Shown: piece by piece, positions 1 through 9,993 of the stretch
Layout: each line of letters starts with the position of its first letter
Position numbering within the stretch: position 1 is the stretch's first letter
Notes under the pieces: model-generated
The model's database searches: none
Told to the model about the DNA's origin: nothing
The model's input: only the letters and a program-made list of their open reading frames with translations
Program-made: the position numbers and the translations under genes
From: Desulfobacterales bacterium
Lineage (GTDB): Bacteria > Desulfobacterota > Desulfobacteria > Desulfobacterales > UBA5852
Direction of reading: 5' to 3'
DNA length: 64,000 bases
NCBI GenBank assembly: GCA_963674755.2
Contig: CAXXVS010000003.1
Coordinates: forward strand, 1,536,001-1,600,000

Positions 1-1062
1 CCCGGCCAGGCCGTGGGGATAGCCGGAACCGTTGAGCCGCTCGTGGTGCTGCAGGACGATTTGATCCACTGCCCAGGGGAAGTCGAACTGCTTCAGGATG
101 TCGTAGCCCACCTGGGGATGGCGCTGGATGAGCTGGAATTCGACATTGTTGAGGCCCCCGGGTTTGCTCAGGATCTCGGCCGGGATGGCGATCTTGCCCA
201 TGTCGTGGATCAGGCCGGCCATGCGCAACCCCTTGCACTGGTGCTCGGAGAGTCCCATCTCCCGGCCTAACGCCACCGCCAGCTCGGTGGCCCGCCGTTG
301 GTGGCCGGCGGTGTAGGGATCGCGTTCTTCGACGGTCAGGGACATGGCCCGCACCATCTCGTCCAGGTTGTTCTCCAACTGGTTGTAGCTCTGCTTGAGC
401 TTGAATTCGGCCAGCTTGCGCTCCACGATTTCCTGCTTGAGCTGCTTGTTGAGCAGGGTCAGCTCGGAGGTCCGCTTGAGGACCATGGATTCCAGGTGAT
501 CGTGGTGCCGCTTGAGTTCGTCCTCGGCCTCCATCTCCTTGGAGACCACGGTCAGCATGCCTAGGGAGAGGCTGATGCGGTCCCGGAAATGGAATTCGAT
601 ATTGGCCTGGTCCTTGACCCAGACGACCCGGCCGTCCCGGGTGACGATCTTGTAGACCGCCTCGATGGCGCCTTCCTTTTTGCATTCCTCGCGCAATTCT
701 TCCCGAACGTTGTCCAGTTCGGCCCGGCTCTGGACGTGTTTGTAAATGCCCGGATCCGTTTCGAGGGATTTATAGACACGGCGGTCCACCACGCAATCGC
801 GAAAGACATTGGCCACTTCGGAGGGGGCGCAGCCCAGCAATTCCAGAAAGGTTTGGCTGACGTACTCGTACCAGAGCTCTGTTTCCTGGCTCTGCCAGGC
901 GGAGATATAAAAAATACCGGCAATGCCGGTTTCTTCAAACGCCTGATAGCTGTCGATGGCTTCCACCAGCCGCCGTTTCAGTTCGACGCTGTAGTAGCCG
1001 TGGAGGATGCGTCCGCTGTAGTTGCGCGGCGTGTAGTAAAGGCCTTTGTTGGGGTCTCCCAT
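1..1062 (-). CDS. HD-GYP domain phosphodiesterase with PAS-like N-terminus and coiled coil (runs off the window edge)
   Basis: Not in the ORF track. Manual translation from ATG 1062: MGDPNKGLYY...GRVVWVKDQA...EERDPYTAGHQRR...GLIHDMGKIAIPAEILSKPG...QHHERLNGSGYPHGL, containing HD and GYP motifs. Confidence 0.9.
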   Translation of the reverse strand, partial: MGDPNKGLYYTPRNYSGRILHGYYSVELKRRLVEAIDSYQAFEETGIAGIFYISAWQSQETELWYEYVSQTFLELLGCAPSEVANVFRDCVVDRRVYKSLETDPGIYKHVQSRAELDNVREELREECKKEGAIEAVYKIVTRDGRVVWVKDQANIEFHFRDRISLSLGMLTVVSKEMEAEDELKRHHDHLESMVLKRTSELTLLNKQLKQEIVERKLAEFKLKQSYNQLENNLDEMVRAMSLTVEERDPYTAGHQRRATELAVALGREMGLSEHQCKGLRMAGLIHDMGKIAIPAEILSKPGGLNNVEFQLIQRHPQVGYDILKQFDFPWAVDQIVLQHHERLNGSGYPHGLAG

Positions 1063-1326
1063 AGGGGGGTCAATCCTCGTCCAGAAGTGTCGCCTGTATC
1101 CGCTTCAGATATGGTCCTTTCTGTCAGATGGTTTTGCCACTTTGCGGCGCAATGCGCAATAGCATTTTCGCGTCGGAGGAAATCGGGAGCTTCCACGGCA
1201 GGCCCCGCCGGAAAAAGGTTGCGTGCCGGCGGCGGCCCTGTTATGCGCTCAATCCGGGTTGGCTATTTCGGCACGGCCGCGGTGGGCGGCGCTATTTTCA
1301 TCGCATACGGCAAAGGGGCCTGATCC

Positions 1327-1959
1327 ATGGATCCCCAAATCTGGACCTATCTGATTCCCATTACGCTGCTAACTTTGACGCCGGGGGTGGACACCGTCCT
1401 GATCATCCGCAACACCACCCGGGGAGGCTGGTGGGACGGGGCCTTGAGCAGCCTGGGAATCTGTTGCGGGCTGTTCGTGCACGCCACGGTGTCGGCCGTG
1501 GGGATTTCCATGATTCTGCTGCAGTCCGCCTGGGCTTTCCAGGCCCTCAAACTGGCCGGGGCCGCCTATCTGGGATGGCTGGGGATCGCCAGCCTGCGCA
1601 ATGCGGCCCGCAAGGGGGAGATTCCTCAAATGAACGGCCGGACCGGACCGGTCCACCGCTTCAGCGTGCGCCGCTCCCTGATGGAGGGATTCCTTTCGAA
1701 CGTGCTGAACCCCAAGGCCGTGGTCTTCTACATGGCCTTTCTGCCCCAGTTCATCGATCCCTCGCGCTCGGCCCTCAAGCAGTCCCTCTTCCTGGCCGGG
1801 TTGCATTTTGCCATCGCCATGGTGTGGCAGTGCCTCCTGGCCTCCATCGTCGATCGGGCCAAGGCCTGGATGAAAAGCCAGAAGATCCGGCGCGGCATGG
1901 ACGGCCTGACCGGCTCGATCATGCTGTTCTTCGGAATCAAGCTGGCCCTGGATCGATAG
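1327..1959 (+). CDS. LysE/RhtB family translocator
   Basis: TPGVD N-terminal motif, NVLNPK motif, hydrophobic, 210 aa. Confidence 0.92.
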   Translation: MDPQIWTYLIPITLLTLTPGVDTVLIIRNTTRGGWWDGALSSLGICCGLFVHATVSAVGISMILLQSAWAFQALKLAGAAYLGWLGIASLRNAARKGEIPQMNGRTGPVHRFSVRRSLMEGFLSNVLNPKAVVFYMAFLPQFIDPSRSALKQSLFLAGLHFAIAMVWQCLLASIVDRAKAWMKSQKIRRGMDGLTGSIMLFFGIKLALDR

Positions 1960-2149
1960 TGTCCGTCCAGAGGTGGCATCTTTCGATCCCGGCCGGCGTT
2001 CTCACTCATTGGAAATCCTCGCCGTAGCCCAGCTACGCCTCCGGTTTCCACCCCCAGCGGGGTTGAATCAGACGGGAAGTCCCGCCAAGCGGGACAAATC
2101 GCTGCGGCCTTGGCCGGAACCAAAATCTACCACCTCTGGACGGACAATA
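1957..2149. repeat. MITE/REPIN-like element with terminal inverted repeats
   Basis: TAGTGTCCGTCCAGAGGTGG ... CCACCTCTGGACGGACAATA (19/20 inverted match), internal hairpin CGTAGCCCAGCTACG; homologous to the units at 59741-60184. Confidence 0.8.
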
Positions 2150-2417
2150 GATAGACCGGCCGCGCCGAAGGCACGGCTGCTCCCCGTCTTGCAAGGCAAC
2201 CGGTTTGGTACGAAAGCAGGCCGACCCCCTAATTACGAATAAAATTCAACACCTTAAATTGCGGACCCGGAGAAATTTTACCGATGCTGGGCGCGGGACA
2301 AAGGGGAACCTGAAAAGCAAAAGCTAAAAACCGGTTTCATGGCTCGTTTAGAGAGGGCTAACTGAAGCCTCCGGCTATACGAGAGAAGACTTACTGAATA
2401 AGGCCACTTAGCTCTTT

Positions 2418-4163
2418 TCAGGCTTGGGTTTTTGCCAGGCTTTCGATGGCGCTTGCGTAGGACGATACCAGCGCATCGAGGTAGTGGGGATCGGTTTTGC
2501 CCTTCCAGGTGGTGACCTCCAGATAGCGTTTGGGAATCTGTACCTGGGCGGGCTTGAATCCCGTCGCCAGGCGGAGCTGCCAACGTTTTTGCTGAATGCC
2601 GCGGGCCAGGCCGTCCAGATTGTCCGCCAGAGCGGTATACCCCAGGGTGGCGAGGCATTCCTGCAGCAATTCCGGCGTGTAGACCTTGCGGGCAAACAGG
2701 CAGGACACCATGGAGGTCAGCAGGACACGGGCCTGCTCGTCGGCCACCAGGAAGGCCACGGCCTGGTCCACGTCCTGTTCGTCATGCTTCTGGTCGTAGG
2801 CATAGCCGCCGGTGTCCAGGTGGGAGTGGCGAAAACCCAGGGACTGGGCCGTATAAAAGACTTCGCCGGTGGCGTAGCCGGCCATTTCCTGGCCCAGCAC
2901 GCAGGCAAAGTCTCCGCCGCCGTAATGCCCGGCGGCCGCCAGGGTGCCCCGGCCCAGCAGGCGGTAGAAGTCGTTGGCGGCCCGGCCCAGGTGGGCCATG
3001 GCCTGCCTGAAGCCCCCGGCGTCCCCGAAGGCCAGCGGCACGATGGTCTCCTTCTCCGAGATCAGCCCCTTTGCCGTGGCCTCGGTGGCCCAGGCCAGGG
3101 CCACCCCGGCGCTCATGACGTCCAGGCCCATCTTCTCCACCACGTCCATGATCCCCAGCACGGCAAAGGCATCGGTGACGCCCAGCATGGTGCCGGTGGC
3201 GAAGATGGGTTCGTAGTCATAGGCCACCTGGCGGTAGAGGTACTGATTTTCCGCCATGAATTTTTCCCGCAGAAAGCCCACGTGGATACAGCCCACCGGA
3301 CATCCGGCACAGGCCGCACTGCGCAGCAGGGTTTCGTCGGCAAACCGGTCGCCGGTCACGCCTGCGATGGCCGTATCGGAGGTCTGCTGGAGGTTGCGCC
3401 AGGGCAGGGATTTGAGGCCGTCCAGGGTTTCCAGGTTCGCGGCCGTTCCCAGGTTGTGATATTTGCTCATCATGTCGGTGGTGGTCAGCCGGCTGTAGAC
3501 GTCCTGGAACAGCTTGCGGTAGGCCTTGCCTTCGGGCAGGGGGAAGGCGGCATCCCCTTCGATCACGATGCCCTTGAGGTTTTTGGCGCCCATGACGGCG
3601 CCGGCCCCCAGCCGCCCGAAGTGCCGGTAGGTGTCCACATTGATGCCGGCCATGGCGGCCCGGTTTTCTCCGGCCGGGCCGATGCGCAGGATACTGCGGT
3701 GGCCGGCGCCCGGGTACATGCGGCGCAGCATCTTGCCGGCCTCGTCCACCTCCAGCCCCCACAGGTAGTGCACGTCCTGAAGGTCGATATGATGCCCCCC
3801 GACGGCCAGACAGGACGGGGCGGGCGCCTGCCCGGTGATCACCAGGGCATCCAGATCGGCAAAGCGCAGGGCCAGGGCCGAACGCCCGCCGGCATGGCTT
3901 TCGGCGTACTGGTCGTGGTAGGGCGACTTGAAGGCGCACACGGTTTTGCTCATGAGGGGGAAATAGCCGGTGAGGGGACCGATGGCCAGGATCAGGGGCT
4001 GGTCCGGATCGTCCCAGGGCTGGTCGGGCCGTCCGTAGGTCTCGAACAGCAGGGCCGCCAGCCCGCTGCCGCCGGCATAGTGGTCGCGCCCCTCCAGCGA
4101 GACGATCCGGCTTCGGTCGGTGGTCAGGTTGACGGTCATCACACGGAAAGCATCGCGGATCAT
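2418..4163 (-). CDS. aor: Aldehyde:ferredoxin oxidoreductase family (W/Mo-pterin)
   Basis: KSP..ESHAGG, GRLGAGAVMGAKNLK, CAGCPVGC, DYE and GLD motifs; 581 aa. Confidence 0.88.
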   Translation of the reverse strand: MIRDAFRVMTVNLTTDRSRIVSLEGRDHYAGGSGLAALLFETYGRPDQPWDDPDQPLILAIGPLTGYFPLMSKTVCAFKSPYHDQYAESHAGGRSALALRFADLDALVITGQAPAPSCLAVGGHHIDLQDVHYLWGLEVDEAGKMLRRMYPGAGHRSILRIGPAGENRAAMAGINVDTYRHFGRLGAGAVMGAKNLKGIVIEGDAAFPLPEGKAYRKLFQDVYSRLTTTDMMSKYHNLGTAANLETLDGLKSLPWRNLQQTSDTAIAGVTGDRFADETLLRSAACAGCPVGCIHVGFLREKFMAENQYLYRQVAYDYEPIFATGTMLGVTDAFAVLGIMDVVEKMGLDVMSAGVALAWATEATAKGLISEKETIVPLAFGDAGGFRQAMAHLGRAANDFYRLLGRGTLAAAGHYGGGDFACVLGQEMAGYATGEVFYTAQSLGFRHSHLDTGGYAYDQKHDEQDVDQAVAFLVADEQARVLLTSMVSCLFARKVYTPELLQECLATLGYTALADNLDGLARGIQQKRWQLRLATGFKPAQVQIPKRYLEVTTWKGKTDPHYLDALVSSYASAIESLAKTQA

Positions 4164-4597
4164 GGGGTGGCCTCCTTACCCGTTTCAGGGGCACCGCCGC
4201 CTGTCGCCGCCATCTCCAGACAGGCGTGGGGGCAGAAGGATACGCAGCGGCCGCAATGGATGCAGACAAAGGGTTCGCCGGTATTGTCCAGATAGATGGC
4301 GTCCACCGGGCAGGCCTCGGCGCAATCGCCGCAATGGATGCAGAGCGACTTTTTGACCGTCACGCCGCCCCCCCTGCGCTGGATAAGGGCCCCCGTGGGG
4401 CAGGCCGCCGCGCAAGGGGCCGGATCGCAGGCCATACAGTTGATGGCGGTGAAGCCGCTGGACAGGCCTCCCGAGGATTGGATGCGGATGCCGGCCGTCA
4501 GCCAGGACAGGTTTCCGTGCACCAGCCGGGCGCAGGCCAGGGAGCAGGAGTAGCACCCGATACAGCGTTCCATGTGGGGGGTGGTGAGGATTTTCAT
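4160..4597 (-). CDS. 4Fe-4S dicluster protein, AOR partner
   Basis: Four Cys groups including CIGCYSC and CIHCGDCAEACP; 4-nt overlap with the aor start. Confidence 0.9.
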   Translation of the reverse strand: MKILTTPHMERCIGCYSCSLACARLVHGNLSWLTAGIRIQSSGGLSSGFTAINCMACDPAPCAAACPTGALIQRRGGGVTVKKSLCIHCGDCAEACPVDAIYLDNTGEPFVCIHCGRCVSFCPHACLEMAATGGGAPETGKEATP

Positions 4598-4801
4598 GCG
4601 CTATTTTCCCCAACGACAAAGCAAATTTTTTATGGTTCCTTCTTGCAGCAATATAGCCGGAATATCCAATTCAGAAATGTGGATTTTGGGCTCTGATCAA
4701 GGCCGCACAAGGGTTTATGGTGAGGCGTACTCTGGTACGCCGCAGCCTTAAACCCGCGGAGAACGCCGAGCAGGGCCCAAAAGACCATTTCTGGATGGAT
4801 A

Positions 4802-5782
4802 TTAGATTCGGTTGGCGCTGCCAAGCACCTTTTCGTTTTTATATTTGACCATTTCAATCAAAGCATCCCGGGCCGGGCCGAGATATTTGCGGGGGTCGAA
4901 TTCACCCGGATTTTCGGCCAGTACTTTGCGGATGGCGGCCGTCATGGCCAGGCGGCCGTCGCTGTCGATATTGATCTTGCACACCGCCGATTGGGCCGCC
5001 TGCCGGAGCTGGCTTTCAGGAATGCCCACGGCGTCGTCCATCCGGCCGCCGTACCGGTTGATTTGGGCCACGTATTCCGGCATGACCGAAGAGGCACCGT
5101 GCAGCACGATGGGAAACCCGGGCACCCGCCGGGCCACCGCATCCAGGATGTCGAAGCGCAGCGGCGGCGGTTCTTCGCCTGGTTTGACCTTGAACTTGTA
5201 AGCCCCGTGGGAGGTGCCGATGGAGATGGCCAGGCTGTCCACGCCGGTCTGCCCCACGAATTCTTCCACTTCTTCAGGTCGCGTGTAATGGGAGTGTTCG
5301 GAGGCCACCTCGTCCTCGATGCCGGCCAGCACTCCCAGTTCACCTTCCACCGTAACGTCGAAATCATGGGCGATGTCCACCACCCGGCGTGTGAGGTCCA
5401 TGTTTTCCTGAAAAGCCAGGTGGGAGCCGTCGATCATGACGGATGAGAAGCCGCTCTCGATGCAGTCCCGGCACAACTCGAACGAGCTGCCGTGGTCCAG
5501 GTGGAGCGCAATGGGGATGGGATGTCCCAGGGCTTCCGCCATGGCCACCGCGCCCACGGCCAGGTGGGGCAGCATGGCCGGATGGGCATATTGGCGGGCG
5601 CTGCCGGAAACCTGCAGGATTACCGGGGACTTGGTTGCCACACAGCCCGTAACGATGGCCTGGAGCTGTTCCATGTTGTTGAAATTGTAGGCCGGGACGG
5701 CAAACCCCTCGTCCATGGCCTGCTGGAACATCTCGGCCGTGTTTACCAGGCCCAGATCGGGATAGTAAAGTTTGTGGATCAT
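4802..5782 (-). CDS. fba: Class II fructose-1,6-bisphosphate aldolase
   Basis: ALHLDHG, SSVMIDGS, VEGELG, GTSHGAYK, VLHGAS, FDPRKYL. Confidence 0.95.
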   Translation of the reverse strand: MIHKLYYPDLGLVNTAEMFQQAMDEGFAVPAYNFNNMEQLQAIVTGCVATKSPVILQVSGSARQYAHPAMLPHLAVGAVAMAEALGHPIPIALHLDHGSSFELCRDCIESGFSSVMIDGSHLAFQENMDLTRRVVDIAHDFDVTVEGELGVLAGIEDEVASEHSHYTRPEEVEEFVGQTGVDSLAISIGTSHGAYKFKVKPGEEPPPLRFDILDAVARRVPGFPIVLHGASSVMPEYVAQINRYGGRMDDAVGIPESQLRQAAQSAVCKINIDSDGRLAMTAAIRKVLAENPGEFDPRKYLGPARDALIEMVKYKNEKVLGSANRI

Positions 5783-6185
5783 GGTAGCGACTCCTGTGTC
5801 ATAGAAAATGGTGGTGTGCCCGGAACCTGCGACCGGGTGATTTGATTGCAGGCCAATTCGGTCATTGTGAGGCCGTATGCAACGGTTTCGGCTGGATTAT
5901 GGACGTGAGCGCTCTGGTTGATGACGACCGCGAACGGTGACTGGCTGTCTTGGGAATCGACCTTGCAAGCGTTTGGTGCCATATGCGGCGCCCATGGGTT
6001 TGACATGCCGCATCAGGCCAAAACTCATAACATAAAAAAATGCTACCGGCCGTCGCGAAAGTCAAATAGCAAATCCGGGGAATACATAATGCGCACCATG
6101 ATGAATAAAGGATAACGTTTCGCTGGGAATCTCATTGTTCTTTGAATATGATGAATTCATAAATCGCCTCTGAGGGTGTTGTTTA

Positions 6186-6469
6186 TGTCGTCCCCGCGCG
6201 CAGGGATTCAGCAACTTGCTGAAAGTCCTGGACTCCCGCGCAGGCGTGACAGCCCAGGGGCGTTGAACGGTGCCCATCGGATATGGCCGGGGAAGCGGGA
6301 TGGCAGACAGGCCAAACACACCCCTCGACGGGAAGGGTTATATTGACATTGCATTGGGTTATGGTAGCTTGTGCAGAATTCCCAGGTGTCCTTTTTTATA
6401 ATATTGGATGAATTCGTAAAGAGTTTTTGAAAGTGTTGTTTTGTCATCCCCGCGCAGGCGGAGATCCAG
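6186..6469. repeat. Degenerate REP-like palindromes (GTCATCCCCGCGCAGGCGGAGATCCAG type)
   Basis: Copy at 6442-6469; eroded head-to-head pair at 6186-6211 and 6228-6251. Confidence 0.55.
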
Positions 6470-6564
6470 TCATCGCAGTCCCTTTTGCCCCCCCGCTTCG
6501 TAGGTATGGCGACCTGTGAACTTTTTACGACCCCATCAATTCTTCATGGCGTTGAACAGGAATT

Positions 6565-7167
6565 ATGCGGTTTGGAAATACAGTCAATTGGAAGATGGAC
6601 AACCATAAAAAGGAATACACATTGAAGATAAGACAATCGACAGAATCAGATCGGAAGGGAATACTGAAGATACATGACCGAGCATTCGGTAAAGATAAAG
6701 GGCCGGTCATCGCCAAACTCGTGAATGACCTGCTGAATGATGAAACAGCAATACCGATTTTGTCATTAGTCGCTGTTGTGGACGCAAAGCTCGTTGGCCA
6801 TATTCTGTTCACAAAAGCGGTCATTACAAAATCCGAGAATTCAATATCTGCTCAAATCCTGGCTCCCTTGGCCATACTGCCGGATGAGCAAAGAAAGGGC
6901 ATCGGTGAGAAGCTAATTAACGAAGGATTGAGGCTACTTAAAGAATCCGGGACAGAGTTGGTCTTTGTTCTTGGCCATCCCACCTATTACCCGCGTTGCG
7001 GCTTTATACCCGCTGGGGCGCAAGGTTTCGAAGCACCTTATCCTATACCGGAAGAACACGCAGAAGCGTGGATGGTTCAAGGGTTCAACGGTGATATCTT
7101 GAAAAATAACGCAGGAAAAATTCAATGTTCAAAAGTTCTAAATGAGCCTCAACACTGGAGAGAATAA
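6565..7167 (+). CDS. GNAT N-acetyltransferase (YhbS-like); true start may be 6595 or 6622
   Basis: LAPLAILPDEQRKGIG acetyl-CoA motif, VLGHPTYYPRCGF. Confidence 0.9.
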   Translation: MRFGNTVNWKMDNHKKEYTLKIRQSTESDRKGILKIHDRAFGKDKGPVIAKLVNDLLNDETAIPILSLVAVVDAKLVGHILFTKAVITKSENSISAQILAPLAILPDEQRKGIGEKLINEGLRLLKESGTELVFVLGHPTYYPRCGFIPAGAQGFEAPYPIPEEHAEAWMVQGFNGDILKNNAGKIQCSKVLNEPQHWRE

Positions 7168-7238
7168 TTTCGCTAATGTATCGTTAGAATGGATAACCAG
7201 AGGCGGGCGAGTTTGACCACGCGCTTCGGAAACCCTCT

Positions 7239-7314
7239 GGGGTCAAGTTTCAGCTTTTTGCAAGTATCCTTTTTCAAACGTAGGGGGAGCTGTCAAAAGT
7301 TCAGACCTGAACCC
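7239..7314. repeat. Imperfect inverted repeat (REP-like)
   Basis: GGGGTCAAGTTTCAGCTTTTTGCA ... TGTCAAAAGTTCAGACCTGAACCC. Confidence 0.45.
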
Positions 7315-7347
7315 GTATGTCCCATGCAACAATAAAAGGTGACCTGA

Positions 7348-7611
7348 ATGATTCCTTCCTTGGAAACACTGTTCGTCTTTTTGCTGACAAGCACAATTGC
7401 ATGCTTAGTTCCAGGGCCGGCAGTCATTTATGCAATTTTGCAGGCCAGCTCTAAAGGAATAAAAAGTGGGATGCATGCTGTTTGGGGGCTCCAAATCGGC
7501 TTTTTCCTCCAAGTGTTTGCCGCTGCCTGTGGTTTGTCGGTTTTGATACTTAACTCAGCGTTACTATTTGTCGGATTTGGTATGAAGCTGGCGTTTGCAG
7601 ACAAATCATAA
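7348..7611 (+). pseudogene. LysE family gene with internal in-frame deletion
   Basis: LysE N-terminus (VPGPAV...GIKSG...GLSVLI) joined directly to a LysE-like C-terminus (ALLFVGFGMKLA); 87 aa versus ~210; NPK motif absent. Confidence 0.75.
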
Positions 7612-7684
7612 TAATTGGTATAAGCAGACTAATTCAGACGGCGGAAAAACCGTGCAACTGCTTAGCAACGAAAGGTTCTAAAAG

Positions 7685-8323
7685 GTGTTTGATTATTCTC
7701 TTACGCATTGGGCAACTTTTTTTACGGCAGCCACTTTATTAAACCTGTCGCCCGGCCCGGACATGGCATTTATTCTCGGCCAAACAGCAAGAAGGGGGAT
7801 CCGATCCGGTTTTGCAGCCATGTTTGGCATCTGGTCCGGCGCCTTTGTTCATGTCATTTTTGCAGCGCTTGGCTTATCGGCTATTTTAGCCACGTCGGCA
7901 ATAGGCTTTTCGGTCGTCAAGTGGATTGGGGCCATATATCTCATCTGGCTTGGCATCCAAGCGTTGCGTTCACATGGCGCCATACTATCTGTGGATGGAC
8001 AAGTTTCCCAGAAAGGCTTGGCACACGTATTTCGGCAAGGTGTTCTGGTTGCCGTATTAAATCCCAAGGTTGCCGTATTCTTTTTGGCTTTTCTTCCCCA
8101 GTTCGCTGAAGCCGGCGCCGGCCCGATTAGTGCCCAGCTATTCCTCCACGGTTTTCTTATTATTGCGGCAGCGGCGTTTATCGAACCGCCTTTAATCCTT
8201 ATCGGCGGTAAGCTGACCGCTTATCTCAGTCATAGCAAAAAGCTATCGCGCTGGATGGACCGTGGACTCGGCGCATTATTTATTGGGCTCGGTGTTAAAT
8301 TGGCGACAACGGATCATGCATAG
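7685..8323 (+). CDS. LysE/RhtB family translocator
   Basis: SPGPDM, LNPKVA, hydrophobic; GTG start. Confidence 0.92.
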   Translation: MFDYSLTHWATFFTAATLLNLSPGPDMAFILGQTARRGIRSGFAAMFGIWSGAFVHVIFAALGLSAILATSAIGFSVVKWIGAIYLIWLGIQALRSHGAILSVDGQVSQKGLAHVFRQGVLVAVLNPKVAVFFLAFLPQFAEAGAGPISAQLFLHGFLIIAAAAFIEPPLILIGGKLTAYLSHSKKLSRWMDRGLGALFIGLGVKLATTDHA

Positions 8324-8403
8324 AATGGATAGTCACTCGCCCCAAAGGGCGCTCTTATAGCTGCGTCCCCGTGCTCCCTGTTTGCCAACGTCAGGAATAA
8401 GAC

Positions 8404-9189
8404 ATGAAGATACCCATCTACCAGGTTGACGCGTTTGCCTCGGCTGTCTTTTCCGGCAACCCGGCAGCCGTTTGCATCCTCGATGCGTGGATCGATGACA
8501 GACGCCTGCAAGCCATAGCCGCGGAAAACAATTTATCTGAGACCGCTTTTCTCGTGTCTGACGAGGATGGATTCGAACTGCGATGGTTTACCCCGCGGAC
8601 AGAGGTTGCGCTCTGCGGCCATGCGACATTGGCAAGTGCTTTTGTTCAGTTCGCCTGTCTGAAATGGAACAAGGACACCATCCGGTTTCAGACCCGCAAG
8701 AGCGGCCAACTCACGGTTACAAGAAAGGGCGAAAGTCTTGAAATGGACTTTCCGGCCCGGCCTGCTTACCCTACGGACCCCCCCGACGGCCTCCGCCAGG
8801 CATTGGGGGTTGTACCCGAGAACGTATACGGCTCGGAAGAAGACTTGATGGTCGTGTTGGATAGCGAAAAGACGGTTGCGGAAGTCCAGCCGGATTTCGC
8901 CGCCTTGGAACGGGTCGATTGCCGCGGCATCATCATAACCGCGCGGGGCGATCATAGCGACTTCGTCTCACGGTTCTTTGCGCCGCGTGTCGGCATACCG
9001 GAGGACCCGGTCACGGGTTCGGCCCATTGTGTGTTGATACCTTACTGGGCAGCGGTTCTGGATAAGAAAGAGCTCTATGCCCGTCAGGTCTCGAAACGCG
9101 GCGGGGAGTTGTTTTGCGGGCTTGCCGGTGACCGCGTCAGGATCTCCGGCAAAGCGGCACTATACCTGGAAGGCACGATAACGATTTAG
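8404..9189 (+). CDS. PhzF family isomerase/epimerase
   Basis: VDAF..GNPAAV, NLSETAF, EVALCGHATLA, EDPVTGSAH. Confidence 0.95.
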   Translation: MKIPIYQVDAFASAVFSGNPAAVCILDAWIDDRRLQAIAAENNLSETAFLVSDEDGFELRWFTPRTEVALCGHATLASAFVQFACLKWNKDTIRFQTRKSGQLTVTRKGESLEMDFPARPAYPTDPPDGLRQALGVVPENVYGSEEDLMVVLDSEKTVAEVQPDFAALERVDCRGIIITARGDHSDFVSRFFAPRVGIPEDPVTGSAHCVLIPYWAAVLDKKELYARQVSKRGGELFCGLAGDRVRISGKAALYLEGTITI

Positions 9190-9369
9190 GAGCCATGATA
9201 GGGACGCTCCAAGCTTTTAAGCATGCCGATTGTTGACAAGGGGGAACCTATGAAGACCATAAAAGCGTTTCCCCGATGCTGTCCGCCCGTAACACATATC
9301 CTGCCGGGCATTTCGGTGTAGCTTAAGAAAATGGGGGGACGAATTGTATACCCCGAAGCGATACTGCAA

Positions 9370-9855
9370 ATGAATCCAAAATTAGAAATAAGGAAGGCGA
9401 CAGAAGGGGATTTGCCCGTCATCTATTCTTTGGTCAAAAGCCTCGCGGAACATGTCAATCTCTCCCATGAACTATTGGCAAGCGAGGAGGATCTCCAAAA
9501 GTACCTGTTTGGATCCAATGGCTTCGTCGAAGTTCTCATCGGCTACTATGAGTCGCAGCCCATCGCTATGATCATATTCTACCCAAGCTTCTCGACGTTT
9601 ATCGGTAAGCCTGCGCTGCATATCGAGGACTTCTATATAAAAGCGGAATTCAGGGGTATGGGGATTGGCAAAGCAATATTTACGCATCTGGCAGATTTGG
9701 CATTGAGCCGCGACTGTGGAAAAATTGAGTGGTACGCCGCCGAGTGGAACAAAAAGGCATTGGAGTTCTATGTAAAAATGGGGGCCGAAAAACTGGAACA
9801 GCGGAAATTATTCAGGCTCTCCGTTGCGGCCATGCAAAAATTGGTGGCGCAATAA
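9370..9855 (+). CDS. GNAT N-acetyltransferase (diamine acetyltransferase-like)
   Basis: [27 protein letters not shown]. Confidence 0.9.
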   Translation: MNPKLEIRKATEGDLPVIYSLVKSLAEHVNLSHELLASEEDLQKYLFGSNGFVEVLIGYYESQPIAMIIFYPSFSTFIGKPALHIEDFYIKAEFRGMGIGKAIFTHLADLALSRDCGKIEWYAAEWNKKALEFYVKMGAEKLEQRKLFRLSVAAMQKLVAQ

Positions 9856-9968
9856 TTATCGAAATTATTTTCCAGATGGCTCTTTATGCGGGTTTTCCGG
9901 CGACCTTAAACGGCTTGTTTGCCGTCAAAGAAATCTTCGATGAAAGATATTTGGATATCGGCCCATAA
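9856..9968 (+). pseudogene. C-terminal remnant of a carboxymuconolactone decarboxylase (CMD/AhpD) family gene
   Basis: [28 protein letters not shown] resembles the CMD C-terminal YAGFP motif; no start of its own. Confidence 0.65.
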
Positions 9969-9993
9969 CGAAAAGAAATAGGATGGATGGCCC

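Noticed and set aside
13..1323. Plus-strand ORFs 13-270, 298-564 and 589-1323
   Set aside because: Antisense shadows of the HD-GYP gene
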